The notes: generated by a model from the sequence alone, not told the origin. A stretch of DNA of 37,876 bases from a virus (IMGVR_UViG_3300045988_094983:1-37876); one strand, 5' to 3'; positions 1 to 8,747 are shown, counted from the first letter of the stretch. Translations and numbers: made by a program.

Positions 1-55
1 GGTTCTGTGCACTTCGATTGGTAGCAATCTCCAACCTACTCTACTCGGTTCGTTA
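1..55. repeat. Terminal direct repeat, left copy (identical to 37822..37876); assembly overlap of a circular or circularly permuted genome
   Basis: Bases 1-55 (ggttctgtgcacttcgattgg...ctcggttcgtta) recur exactly as the last 55 bases. The repeat lies inside the 3' non-coding part of the capsid-gene intron, not at a gene boundary. Confidence 0.9.
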
Positions 56-725
56 CCCTTTCGATAGTCTCTAGACCTTTCCAATAATAACCATAAACTT
101 GTTTATCTCTGTCTTTATATCTACAAATTTGAGCATTATTTGCTTTGTATCCTTTTTTTATTAAAAATTGAACAGCTTCTCCATAAGATTTAAAATATAT
201 TTTTTCTTTATCATTAATTGCCATTACTGGTATTATACGACTTTCACTTATTTTTTTACATATTGTTTTTCTTATTTCTTTATTTTGCCACATTTTTTTT
301 GCTCTTTCACTCGCTCTCTCGTGTGCTTTTTTTAATGCTTTTTCTATATTTGGTTTCCTATGATTATATGCACCATTTCCCCAAGCTCTTTTTACTTTAT
401 TAGATATTTTTTCTCGCACTTTTGGATTATTAACCGTTACGTTTTCTCCTCCATAAGTCATATTATATCCTTTATTATATGTGTCAAATTTTGCTATGTA
501 AAAAATTTCTTTTTCATTTAAATCCTTTTGTTCGATATCATTTTCAATAATCTCAAATTGAAAATTTTCTATACCATATTTTCTCATAGCATTATATAAA
601 TGTGTTTGTATCTTATTGTCTCTTGCATTACATATATGGTCTTTTTTTCTTTTTTTAAAATTTGTTGTTTGTCCTATATAAACTTTTTTATTTATTTTAT
701 TAGTTATTGAATATACACATCCCAT
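36..725 (-). CDS. GIY-YIG homing endonuclease (intron-encoded)
   Basis: 229-aa ORF. The N-terminus VYSITNKINKKVYIGQTTNFKKRKKDH matches the GIY-(10)-YIG motif. The Lys/Arg-rich C-terminal half resembles a NUMOD-type DNA-binding region. GAGGTG RBS upstream of the ATG at 725. Confidence 0.85.
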   Translation of the reverse strand: MGCVYSITNKINKKVYIGQTTNFKKRKKDHICNARDNKIQTHLYNAMRKYGIENFQFEIIENDIEQKDLNEKEIFYIAKFDTYNKGYNMTYGGENVTVNNPKVREKISNKVKRAWGNGAYNHRKPNIEKALKKAHERASERAKKMWQNKEIRKTICKKISESRIIPVMAINDKEKIYFKSYGEAVQFLIKKGYKANNAQICRYKDRDKQVYGYYWKGLETIERVTNRVE

Positions 726-959
726 AATTACACCTCAATGTAATTATACCATTTTTAAAAATATATTGCAACAAACTAATAATAGATTATTATTTTATTT
801 GGCACAGGATTGCCCTTTGTAGTTTGTTTTAGAGGGTTTCCCTGTTAGCAAGATTATTTCAATAGTCATTTCCTACTATATTTTAATCTCACACCCTATT
901 GCAATCTAGGTTCACACAGTTTGCTATATTTATTTCTAAATATAGGAACTATATTGCTA

Positions 960-1233
960 ATTCATTACATGCTTTATGTTTATCAACTAATATTGGTAGA
1001 TAATCTGTTGCTGATTGTGTTAGTTCAACACCATTTTTTACATCATAATCTGATAATGTTATATCACCATTTCTTGTTGGTACTTCAACTGCTCCTGCTG
1101 TTGGATTTCCTTCATAATCTCTACTAAATTCAGCTCTAATGTTGAATTGTTGTCTCATTAATTTTACAATTGCATCTGCATATCTTTCTTGTCTTTTATG
1201 TGTTCCATTTTTTTGTATAACTGTGTTTGCCAT
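960..1233 (-). CDS. Major capsid protein, exon 1
   Basis: ORF 949..1233 (MANTVIQKNGTHKRQERYADAIVKLMRQQFN...) sits directly after the scaffold gene. Its frame runs into a stop a few codons after ...LPILVDKHKA. The donor is placed after the U at 960 by an in-frame splice model. Confidence 0.7.
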
Positions 1234-1253
1234 TTAAAATCATTCCTTTCTTT

Positions 1254-1790
1254 TTAAAAATCAATGTTAGGGTGTTTAGATTTTAATATTGCCATAACCC
1301 CATCATCTTCATTTGATTGTGAAGTAGTTCTTGTCTCTACTCCTGTGGCTTTACTAGGAACAGTTTTATTTAAAAATTTAGGATTATCTTTTAAAAACTT
1401 ATTTAGGTTTTCTTCAAAATCTCCTTCCATTTTTGATACTTTAAATAATACATAATCTGTATCTTCTGCATTAACTCCAGATTTAAGTATTTTATTTTCA
1501 TTTATTATTTGTTCTTTTTCTGCTAATGCTTTTTGATATTCTGTTTCCTTTTCAGCCATTTTTTCTTGTTCTGTTTTTTGAGCTTCTTTCCATTCATTAT
1601 ACTTTTTCAATTCTTCTTTGCTAGGCATATCTTTTTTTGCTTTTGCAAGTCTTGTTTCTACTATTGTATTTAACTCTTCTTGAGTGAATGTTTTTTGCTC
1701 TTGTCCTCCATTTTCTTGAGTGTTAGTAGTTGGAGTTGCTACGTTGTTTTCTTTGTTTTCTTCCATTTTAAATCCTTTCTTTAAAGTCAT
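1254..1790 (-). CDS. Head scaffolding protein
   Basis: 178-aa acidic coiled-coil protein (EQEKMAEKETEYQKALAEKEQ) immediately upstream of the capsid gene. The better RBS (AAAGGA) serves the internal ATG at 1766 (MEENKENN). Confidence 0.7.
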   Translation of the reverse strand: MTLKKGFKMEENKENNVATPTTNTQENGGQEQKTFTQEELNTIVETRLAKAKKDMPSKEELKKYNEWKEAQKTEQEKMAEKETEYQKALAEKEQIINENKILKSGVNAEDTDYVLFKVSKMEGDFEENLNKFLKDNPKFLNKTVPSKATGVETRTTSQSNEDDGVMAILKSKHPNIDF

Positions 1791-1876
1791 AAAGTTAGAC
1801 TTCTTCCTTGCATTTCAAGTCTACAAGTTCGACAATTTATCTATAAAAATTTAATAACAAAATAAAAGTGCCAAAG

Positions 1877-2011
1877 CTATTTGCTCTGACACTCTTGGTG
1901 TTCTTCTATTTTATTTATTTTTTTACATCTATTGCATATTATTTCTATTATTCCAAAGTAATTTCCTTTGAATAATAATTTATTGCAATGTTTACAACGG
2001 TATTCTTTCAT
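1877..2011 (-). CDS. Com-like zinc-ribbon protein (Mu Com family), 44 aa, below the ORF-track size cutoff
   Basis: Hand translation gives MKEYRCKHCNKLLFKGNYFGIIEIICNRCKKINKIEEHQECQSK. It has the C-x2-C...C-x2-C spacing and the RCK.CNKLLFK...EI.C.RC pattern recalled from phage Mu Com. Confidence 0.6.
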   Translation of the reverse strand: MKEYRCKHCNKLLFKGNYFGIIEIICNRCKKINKIEEHQECQSK

Positions 2012-2043
2012 TCGTTACCTCACTTATAATTATAGCATAATGT

Positions 2044-3274
2044 TTACATCTTTGCAACATTTATACGTTTATATCCAACTACACTAGCTCTAGTCTTTAA
2101 TTGATTAGGTAGTCCACTTACAGTACATAATTGCTTATACTTTGTTGTTAATTGTGTTATTTTTGTTTGTGCTTGTAATGTTAGTTCTTTATCTCCACTT
2201 GATTTTGCTAGTATTTGTACATCTTTTTGTTCTCTTATTCTTCTTTCAATCAATCTTTGAAGTTGTGTGCCTTGATACATACTGAAGTGTTTTCCATCAA
2301 AATCGAATCCATCATTATTTTTTTCTTTTATTTCTTCTAACTGTTCTTTTGTATAAAGTGGTTTGCTTATTCCTAACACTATTCTAAATGGTCTATGATA
2401 ACAATTATATTCTGAAATAGGTCTGTAATTACCTTTGTAATGTATATCTATTATCTCGCCATTATAATCTTTTGCTATTCCTGTTTCTTGTAATTTTTCA
2501 AATTCTTTGTTACTAAATTGATGTCCGCTGAACATTTTCATGGTCAACTGCAGGATATTGATGTACTGATATTTCGACTCCATCTGAGTCAAACTCTTCA
2601 CCAAATTGTTCTTGTACTTGATTATTTAGCTTTCTTAATCCTCCTAATGTATTCATTCTTATTGCACTGTCTAATCTCATATTTCTGCCACTTTCATAGT
2701 CTAATGTTTTTAGTCCACTTTGTCCAATTTGTTTTATTGCCTTTCTCATTTCTTGTTGATAAGTAGTTTTCCCTTGTCCAACATTCAATATTGCTTTATC
2801 TATTATGTCTTTATATGTACTTGATATATCTTTAAATACTAAATTTCCTTTTAAGTCTTTAACAGTATATCCTATTGCACTTGTCCTTGATATATTAGCA
2901 TATTCTTTTGCTGTTATCTTTGCTATTGCTTTTATTTGCTCTTTTAAGGCTTTATTTTCTGCATAAGGTATATAACTTATCCCTTTTGCTTTATAAAACT
3001 GTTTAGCAAAATCTTGGTTCGTTTTAGCACTATATTCAAACATATTGTATATATCATTTACATTCATATTTGTTACTTCTGCTAATTTCTGCACAATTGT
3101 ATTTATATCTGTATTATACATTAACATTTGTTTTATTTGATGTACTTGCGTTGGTGTTAATTCTTCTATTTCTTTTATTCTCTTACCTATTATTGTTAGT
3201 ATATCCTCATTTAATGTGTTTATTCTATCTATTAATATTTGTACTAGCTTTTCTTCTTGCTCATTATTTAACAT
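2044..3274 (-). CDS. Head morphogenesis / minor capsid protein (SPP1 gp7 / Mu F-like), 409 aa only if a +1 shift occurs at the CGG codon 2525-2527
   Basis: ORFs 2513..3274 and 2044..2604 overlap. Skipping the C at 2527 joins ...ISVHQYPAVDHENVQ to GHQFSNKEFEKLQ..., restoring the H..P.H...QG..F motif of this family. The gene follows the portal gene. Confidence 0.75.
2525..2527 (-). other. Recoding site 1: in-frame CGG (context CAG-CGG-A); zero frame stops 4 codons later
   Basis: Codon-by-codon reading of both overlapping ORFs. Confidence 0.6.
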
Positions 3275-3284
3275 AGTTTACCTC

Positions 3285-4841
3285 CTATGTTTCAGTTGTT
3301 TCTTCTTCCTTTTTGTTATCCTTGTCTTTATCTTTGCTTTTTTCTTTTCCTTCTTTTTGTTCTTCGTCTTTTTCTTCCTCTGTATCATCATCATTCAATA
3401 GTTTATTAATACTAGGTGTTGAGTCCTCTATTTCTTGTATTTTCTTTCTTGCGACTTCTTCTGTTTCATTATATACTTTCATTCTATATTCAACCTTACT
3501 TGTTATGCCATTGCTTACTTCTTGTATTAATCTTTTTTGTTCTGCTGTATCATCTTTAAATTTACTATAATCAAATTGTATGTCTATTTCATCGTCCTTT
3601 ACTTCAATACCTTCTAAGAAACATATTGATTTTATTAAATCTATTAGTACATCTCTTATTATTATTGAATTACTATTCTTTGTATTATATGCGTCACTAT
3701 TTTCTGATTTTACTTCCGTTGCTGTCTTAGTAGATACTCCATCAAATTTGTAATAGTTTTCTCCAAATCCAACCTCACTTGATAGCCAATTAAGTTCTGC
3801 ATTTATTCCATCAATGTGTTCGTTATATCTTATATTAAAATCTATTTCTTTTACTGGTTGTCCTTCCATTCCATTTAGTGCAACATAAGTTGTATCGTTC
3901 TTGTCAAAGTATGATACCATTCTTACTTCTCCATCTTCGCCAACCTGCGGTGCACCTTTTAATGCTGTTTTATCAACTAATATTCTTTTCTTTCCTGATG
4001 TATATTCATTTGTAAAACTATCATATTTTATATCTATTGCTTTGAACCTGTCAATGCAATTAGCAAATATAGATAATCCCATCGGTGTTTGTATATCAAT
4101 ATTATTTACTATGTTTGGTCTTACTATTTGAAAGTGTGGTGTCTCTGTTTCATATTCAACTGGATTCTCAACATTTGGAAACTTCTCTTCAAAATCTATT
4201 TCCTTACCCAAACTGTTTTTGTCTTTTGACTTGTATAATTCATTATACTTAACATACTTAGGTACAAGTTCTCCTGTTTCATTTTCTTTTACTACCATTT
4301 CGTGATATGTTAGTTTTGTATAATATATAGCCTTTCTTCCTTCTTGTTCTTGCCATTGGTTCATTGCTATAAATCCTGTTATATTATAATTATCAAACTT
4401 ATATGGTATTATCATCATTGCGTCTGTTATATATTCAATTCTTGTTCTTCCTAATTCGTCTTTATATTCTGTCATTGCTGTTGTTCCTAATGCACTTTTA
4501 AGTTCTAGTATTTTAGGAAACATTATACTAAAATTATTTTGTTTACTGTCTAATATATCCCATATTCGCTTTGTCTTTTCTTTACTTCCTAGCTCTATTC
4601 TTACATTGTCTGACCATTCTAACTTTTCCATATCTTCTGCTAGTTTTTTTGGCATATTCATTGTTTTTCTTTCACATTGGCAAGTTGTACCATCTGCCAT
4701 TAAAACATTATAATAGTGGAAATCTTCAACATTACCACTATACCAACTTTTCCACACTTGAATTAAATCATAATAGTCAACATCTATTATATCAATTCCT
4801 TTTTTATTCAATTGTGCTTTTAGGTTTTTGTATATTTCCAT
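3285..4841 (-). CDS. Portal protein (SPP1 Gp6-like)
   Basis: 518 aa with an acidic Lys/Glu-rich C-terminal tail. It sits directly downstream of the large terminase, the usual portal position and size. Confidence 0.8.
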   Translation of the reverse strand: MEIYKNLKAQLNKKGIDIIDVDYYDLIQVWKSWYSGNVEDFHYYNVLMADGTTCQCERKTMNMPKKLAEDMEKLEWSDNVRIELGSKEKTKRIWDILDSKQNNFSIMFPKILELKSALGTTAMTEYKDELGRTRIEYITDAMMIIPYKFDNYNITGFIAMNQWQEQEGRKAIYYTKLTYHEMVVKENETGELVPKYVKYNELYKSKDKNSLGKEIDFEEKFPNVENPVEYETETPHFQIVRPNIVNNIDIQTPMGLSIFANCIDRFKAIDIKYDSFTNEYTSGKKRILVDKTALKGAPQVGEDGEVRMVSYFDKNDTTYVALNGMEGQPVKEIDFNIRYNEHIDGINAELNWLSSEVGFGENYYKFDGVSTKTATEVKSENSDAYNTKNSNSIIIRDVLIDLIKSICFLEGIEVKDDEIDIQFDYSKFKDDTAEQKRLIQEVSNGITSKVEYRMKVYNETEEVARKKIQEIEDSTPSINKLLNDDDTEEEKDEEQKEGKEKSKDKDKDNKKEEETTET

Positions 4842-4852
4842 ATATTCCTCCT

Positions 4853-6220
4853 TTAAAATTTAATATTAAGCTTTTGTTTATTATCCAATACATAATATAT
4901 AAATGCATCACAAGTATGGTCGCAATAACTATACGCTTGGCTGTTACTATTTGTATTAAAATAAGTGTCCATACCCTTTAACTCTTTTTCTGTTTTATCA
5001 GGTTCTGCTTTTCCTTTTTCTATGCTGTCCTCTTTCCATTTGTACTCTTTCATTTCTCTTAAGAATATTTTATTATTATTGTTATCTATTACATTGAACT
5101 TTCCTTTGTCTAAAAAGTCTTGTGCAAAATCTATTTGTTCTTCTTTATTTGTTCCTTTATTTACTTTATGTATTTTTATTCCATATTTGTTATATATTTC
5201 ATTTACTAATGCTGTTTCTGCACTATCTATTGTTTCCATATCAACTGGTGCTTTATATTCTTTTGATACTTTTATTCTGAATTTGAATATATCTTCTGCA
5301 AATTGTGATGGACTTTTCTTTTGCATTTTACCTACTGGACTGTAATAATAATTATCTAACAAATACCATTCTCCATCACTCATATATCCTATTGCTAAAC
5401 AAGTGGTTGCTGATGTGCTATATCCAACGTCTAACGCTAAATCAATATATAGACACTTTAAGTTGTTATCTCTTATATAATCTTTATCTTTTATTTTAAT
5501 CTGGTCATAATTGAATATAAGTCCATCTAAGCCTATTACTTCACCCAAGTATATCCATCTGTATCTTTTTTCATCATACTTCTTTAATCTTTCTGCTTCA
5601 TCTATAAACATTTTACCCAGCCATTCTGCTGGTACTGTTCTGTAATCACTTTCGTGAAATAAGTATCCGTCTTGTCCTTTTTTACTTAATGCCCATTCAT
5701 TTATTATATCGTATTTGTTTTTAGGAGGGTTGTATGAATAAAATACATTAAAATAACTATTATTTCCTCTTGTAAATGTTGCTATTATTTGGTCTATCTG
5801 GTCTATATCTTCCCAACCTGTTACTTCCTCAAACCATACTATTTTAATTGGCTTCTTTTCATCTGTCATACCTTTTATTGTTTCGTAATCATCTCCACCT
5901 GCAAAATATACTGTATTATCATTATAAAACTTTATCTGCATTGGCGAAGTATAGGCTCTGTAATCTATTCCTTCTTGCAATCCTAATCTGCTACAAGCCT
6001 TTTTTATTTCTTTATATACACTATTCCTTAATTGGTTTTGATGTCGTCTTAATATAACTACTGAACAATTATTATCACTTATACATTTATATGTTATATA
6101 TAATGCTATCATAGAAGTTTTTGTGCTTCCTCTTCCACCATATATTATATTATGCATTTTGAAATGATTAAATACACTCCAGAAATGTGGTGCTACTACA
6201 TCTCTTAATCTAATTTGCAT
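4853..6220 (-). CDS. terL: Terminase large subunit (PBSX-like family)
   Basis: 455 aa. Walker A-like GGRGSTKTS near the N-terminus and a C-terminal nuclease-like half. The start overlaps the terS stop. Confidence 0.85.
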   Translation of the reverse strand: MQIRLRDVVAPHFWSVFNHFKMHNIIYGGRGSTKTSMIALYITYKCISDNNCSVVILRRHQNQLRNSVYKEIKKACSRLGLQEGIDYRAYTSPMQIKFYNDNTVYFAGGDDYETIKGMTDEKKPIKIVWFEEVTGWEDIDQIDQIIATFTRGNNSYFNVFYSYNPPKNKYDIINEWALSKKGQDGYLFHESDYRTVPAEWLGKMFIDEAERLKKYDEKRYRWIYLGEVIGLDGLIFNYDQIKIKDKDYIRDNNLKCLYIDLALDVGYSTSATTCLAIGYMSDGEWYLLDNYYYSPVGKMQKKSPSQFAEDIFKFRIKVSKEYKAPVDMETIDSAETALVNEIYNKYGIKIHKVNKGTNKEEQIDFAQDFLDKGKFNVIDNNNNKIFLREMKEYKWKEDSIEKGKAEPDKTEKELKGMDTYFNTNSNSQAYSYCDHTCDAFIYYVLDNKQKLNIKF

Positions 6221-6654
6221 TATTCTTTCTCCAAATCATTTACTATTGTTATTCTACCATCAATTTTTTTGTTGCTATTTAGTTCCTGCTTTTTTATTTC
6301 TAATTCTTTGAATTTTAATTCTTTATCTATTAATATTCCATAAACCGTTATAATATCTTTTACATTTGTAAATATGTCTGTTTTCTCTAACTTATCATTT
6401 AATGCTTTAAAACATAAATCTATAATTTTTTTCTTTTCTTCATTCTTTGTCTCAATATACTTAAACATATCTTGGGTATTCTCTTCTTTTTTTTGTTCGA
6501 CTTTTTCCGTTATGCCATCATTTCCCTTTACTATTCTTCTGACAGATGTTTCTGATATATTATTTATCCTTGCTGTTTCAGAGTAATTATTATTATCTAC
6601 ATAATCTGCAATTATTTTCTTTTTTTGTTTGTCTGTTAATTTAACCCTACTCAA
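6220..6654 (-). CDS. terS: Terminase small subunit (HTH)
   Basis: 144 aa with an N-terminal helix-turn-helix (YSETARINNISETSVRRIV). Immediately upstream of and overlapping terL. Confidence 0.6.
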   Translation of the reverse strand: MSRVKLTDKQKKKIIADYVDNNNYSETARINNISETSVRRIVKGNDGITEKVEQKKEENTQDMFKYIETKNEEKKKIIDLCFKALNDKLEKTDIFTNVKDIITVYGILIDKELKFKELEIKKQELNSNKKIDGRITIVNDLEKE

Positions 6655-6661
6655 TTACCCA

Positions 6662-6850
6662 TCACTTCCAATCTTTTAAATATAATAGTACCTCAGTCTT
6701 GTTTTTAAATTCTTTTGCTTTTTTATCCTTTATTAATTTATAATTCTTAAATACTTTTTCTCCTTTATAAGTAGTCATTTCTATAAATGTTACTTTCTTT
6801 TTTTGTGCTATATTTCTCAATAACATATCTATCATTTTCGATATTTGCAT
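6662..6850 (-). CDS. Hypothetical protein
   Basis: 62-aa ORF in the co-directional gene array. Confidence 0.4.
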   Translation of the reverse strand: MQISKMIDMLLRNIAQKKKVTFIEMTTYKGEKVFKNYKLIKDKKAKEFKNKTEVLLYLKDWK

Positions 6851-6857
6851 ATTATTT

Positions 6858-6980
6858 TTATTTCCTTTTTGCTTGATTTGCTTTTATAGCCTTACCTTGC
6901 TTTACTGCTTTACTTCTTTGTTTATATATCTTTCCTTTTGAACCATATTTATAACCGCCTTTAACTTTCTTTACTGGCAT
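6858..6980 (-). CDS. Small Lys-rich basic protein (40 aa), below the ORF-track cutoff
   Basis: Hand translation gives MPVKKVKGGYKYGSKGKIYKQRSKAVKQGKAIKANQAKRK. It fills the gap between two ORFs. Confidence 0.35.
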   Translation of the reverse strand: MPVKKVKGGYKYGSKGKIYKQRSKAVKQGKAIKANQAKRK

Positions 6981-6981
6981 A

Positions 6982-7323
6982 CTATTTCTCCTCGTCTAAC
7001 ATTTTCTTGAATTTTCCTATGATATCATTTATAAAATCATTAATACTTGACACTAAGTCGCATACCATTTCTTCATTAAAGTTTGGCACATTATATAATC
7101 CATAATTCCAAATATAACAATGTGTTAATTCGTGTTTTAATGTTTTTATTTTTTGTTCTTTACACATTTCTTTATTTATATATATCTTATGTTCACTTTT
7201 AATTGTTAATCCGAATACATAATATGCTTCTTCGTCTATTTCATCTTTATATATTTTTAATAATAAATCTTTTGTTTTTTCTTCTATTATCCATTTATCA
7301 TTATTTATATAAAATTCTACCAT
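6982..7323 (-). CDS. Small putative zinc metallopeptidase (HExxH)
   Basis: 113 aa containing LKHELTHCYIW (HExxH motif). Confidence 0.45.
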   Translation of the reverse strand: MVEFYINNDKWIIEEKTKDLLLKIYKDEIDEEAYYVFGLTIKSEHKIYINKEMCKEQKIKTLKHELTHCYIWNYGLYNVPNFNEEMVCDLVSSINDFINDIIGKFKKMLDEEK

Positions 7324-7592
7324 TATTTATCTTCTTTCTTTTTATTATTTTTATTCTTTCCTTTTATTGTAACCTCTTTTACTTCTTTTATTTCTGGTAT
7401 TACTTGTATTACCTCTACTGCTACTATTTTCTTTTGATTGTTTCCTGATAAATATTCAGCCTCTTTCTTTTCTACTTCAAATATATCTCCTGCGAATATT
7501 TTACCTTTTTCTATTTTGTCTATACTGTTTAAGTTCTTTATTTTATTATAATTTCTATAAAGAAAATCTATTTTTGCTTTTACTTTTACCAT
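7323..7592 (-). CDS. Hypothetical protein (first gene after the tRNA region)
   Basis: 89-aa ORF with AAAGGAGAG RBS. Confidence 0.45.
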   Translation of the reverse strand: MVKVKAKIDFLYRNYNKIKNLNSIDKIEKGKIFAGDIFEVEKKEAEYLSGNNQKKIVAVEVIQVIPEIKEVKEVTIKGKNKNNKKKEDK

Positions 7593-7743
7593 TTTATCTC
7601 TCCTTTTTATTTTTTTAAATTACTCTATGCAATGATATAATTATAGTAACATCATGCGTTTATTTTCTTATTCTAGATACATGTTATAGTCGGCTCGGTT
7701 TAGCCCTTTATAACTACTTTCTTGCACCTCTGCAATACTTGTT

Positions 7744-7752
7744 ATTATATCA
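7744..7752 (-). promoter_or_regulatory. Candidate extended -10 promoter (TGaTATAAT) for the packaging/late operon
   Basis: The minus strand reads cagTGaTATAATaac inside the 272-nt non-coding region 7593-7864. No good -35 element. Confidence 0.25.
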
Positions 7753-7864
7753 CTGCATACAATAATTTTATACATAAAACAATAATATCCCGATACATCT
7801 TTTCGGTATGTGCCATTCCTTACTTATTTGGCTCTTGATGTTGTACATATATATTATCATTTTT

Positions 7865-7938
7865 TGGCTGGAGAACCTAGATTCGAACTAAGAACCTTGG
7901 AATCAAAATCCAATGTGATACCATTTCACTATTCTCCA
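7865..7938 (-). tRNA. tRNA-Gln (anticodon UUG)
   Basis: 74 nt. Acceptor stem TGGAGAA/TTCTCCA (U1-A72 as in bacterial tRNA-Gln). D arm GTGA/TCAC. Anticodon stem TTGGA/TCCAA with loop TTTTGAT. T arm CTTAG-TTCGAAT-CTAGG. Discriminator G and encoded CCA. Confidence 0.85.
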
Positions 7939-8055
7939 ATGTCCTTACCACAAGTTTTTAACTAGTATGCTTGTGGCTTGCAGTAAACTTAACCGTAAAA
8001 GAAACCCTGCAATTTAAAATTCTTCTTTTTTTGTTAACTTTTGTTGACACGGTAG

Positions 8056-8143
8056 TGGCGGAAAACTGAGGACACGAACCCCATACCTTTTCAGGTACGC
8101 ATTGTTTAGCAAACAAGCTTCAAACCTTTTGAATTAATTTTCC
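8056..8143 (-). tRNA. tRNA-Ser (anticodon GCU), class II
   Basis: 88 nt. Acceptor stem GGAAAAT/GTTTTCC. Anticodon loop TTGCTAA. Long variable arm GTACC-TGAAAA-GGTAT. T arm TGGGG-TTCGTGT-CCTCA. Discriminator G and encoded CCA. Confidence 0.8.
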
Positions 8144-8178
8144 ATTTGATATAATTATACCATAAAAGGCAGAAATAT

Positions 8179-8541
8179 TCAACTTTCTGCCTCTATTATC
8201 TCCAGTTCCAAATAATCTTTATCATCTTTTATTGCTTGATATTCTATACCTGTTATATGCTTCATATTGTCGTTTTCAAGTATTCCCATTTTTTGCATTA
8301 TATCCAAAACTGATTTAAGACTTTTGTTATCCAAATCAGAGCATACATTTTTTATATGCCATTTGCATATCAATTTTACAGGATAATTTTGAATTTTTGG
8401 TACATCTTTTAAAAAATACGATATTTCTTGCATTTCTTTTTTCTTAATATTGTTTGCACCATATTTGTTATATCTACATTGTTTTATTGTATCATTCCAA
8501 TTATTTAATTTCATGTCAATTATTACTTTCATATTACCCAC
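8179..8541 (-). CDS. RusA-like Holliday junction resolvase (tentative)
   Basis: 120 aa, last gene of the early operon. The pattern LNNWNDTIKQCRYNKYGANNIKKKE...DLDNKSLKSVLDIMQKMGILENDN resembles the RusA family layout. Confidence 0.45.
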   Translation of the reverse strand: MGNMKVIIDMKLNNWNDTIKQCRYNKYGANNIKKKEMQEISYFLKDVPKIQNYPVKLICKWHIKNVCSDLDNKSLKSVLDIMQKMGILENDNMKHITGIEYQAIKDDKDYLELEIIEAES

Positions 8542-8747
8542 CCTTTTCTTTTGTTTCTTTGTGTAATATCTGCAATCGAATTATCAATCCATTTTCCATT
8601 ATACCCTTTTATTTTATTAGCATTCTTTACATAATTATTACATTTGTATATAATTATATCGTTTTGTGTTTTTTCTTCATAACTCATACAATCTTTACAT
8701 TTGTTCATACAGAAGTTGCATAATTTTTTTATTATTATATCTTCCAT
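8529..8747 (-). CDS. Hypothetical Cys-rich protein
   Basis: 72-aa ORF with CNFCMNKCKDC; GGAG RBS. Confidence 0.4.
   Translation of the reverse strand: MEDIIIKKLCNFCMNKCKDCMSYEEKTQNDIIIYKCNNYVKNANKIKGYNGKWIDNSIADITQRNKRKGWVI

Larger units (their letters stand above)
1..959 (-). mobile_element. Group I-like intron in the major capsid gene: 5' structured part (726..959), homing endonuclease ORF, and start of the 3' part (1..35); continues at 37821 across the circular junction
   Basis: Non-coding stem-loop-rich RNA lies between capsid exon 1 and the GIY-YIG ORF: hairpins at 939-955 and 850-890, GGGTTTCCC at 834-842. The endonuclease ORF has its own GAGGTG RBS. The 5' boundary is a model, +-15 nt. 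Confidence 0.6.

Noticed and set aside
1-55. The terminal repeat as a biological direct terminal repeat or cos region
   Set aside because: It is an exact 55-bp duplicate located inside intron sequence between the homing endonuclease stop and capsid exon 2. An assembler overlap of a circular contig explains it better.
8056-8143. A phage tRNA acting as a CGG or CGGA (quadruplet) decoder; the string UUCCGCCA in tRNA-Ser contains UCCG
   Set aside because: The UCCG lies in the acceptor stem and CCA end, not in an anticodon loop. All three tRNA-type elements have 7-nt anticodon loops reading GCU, UUG and GCA.
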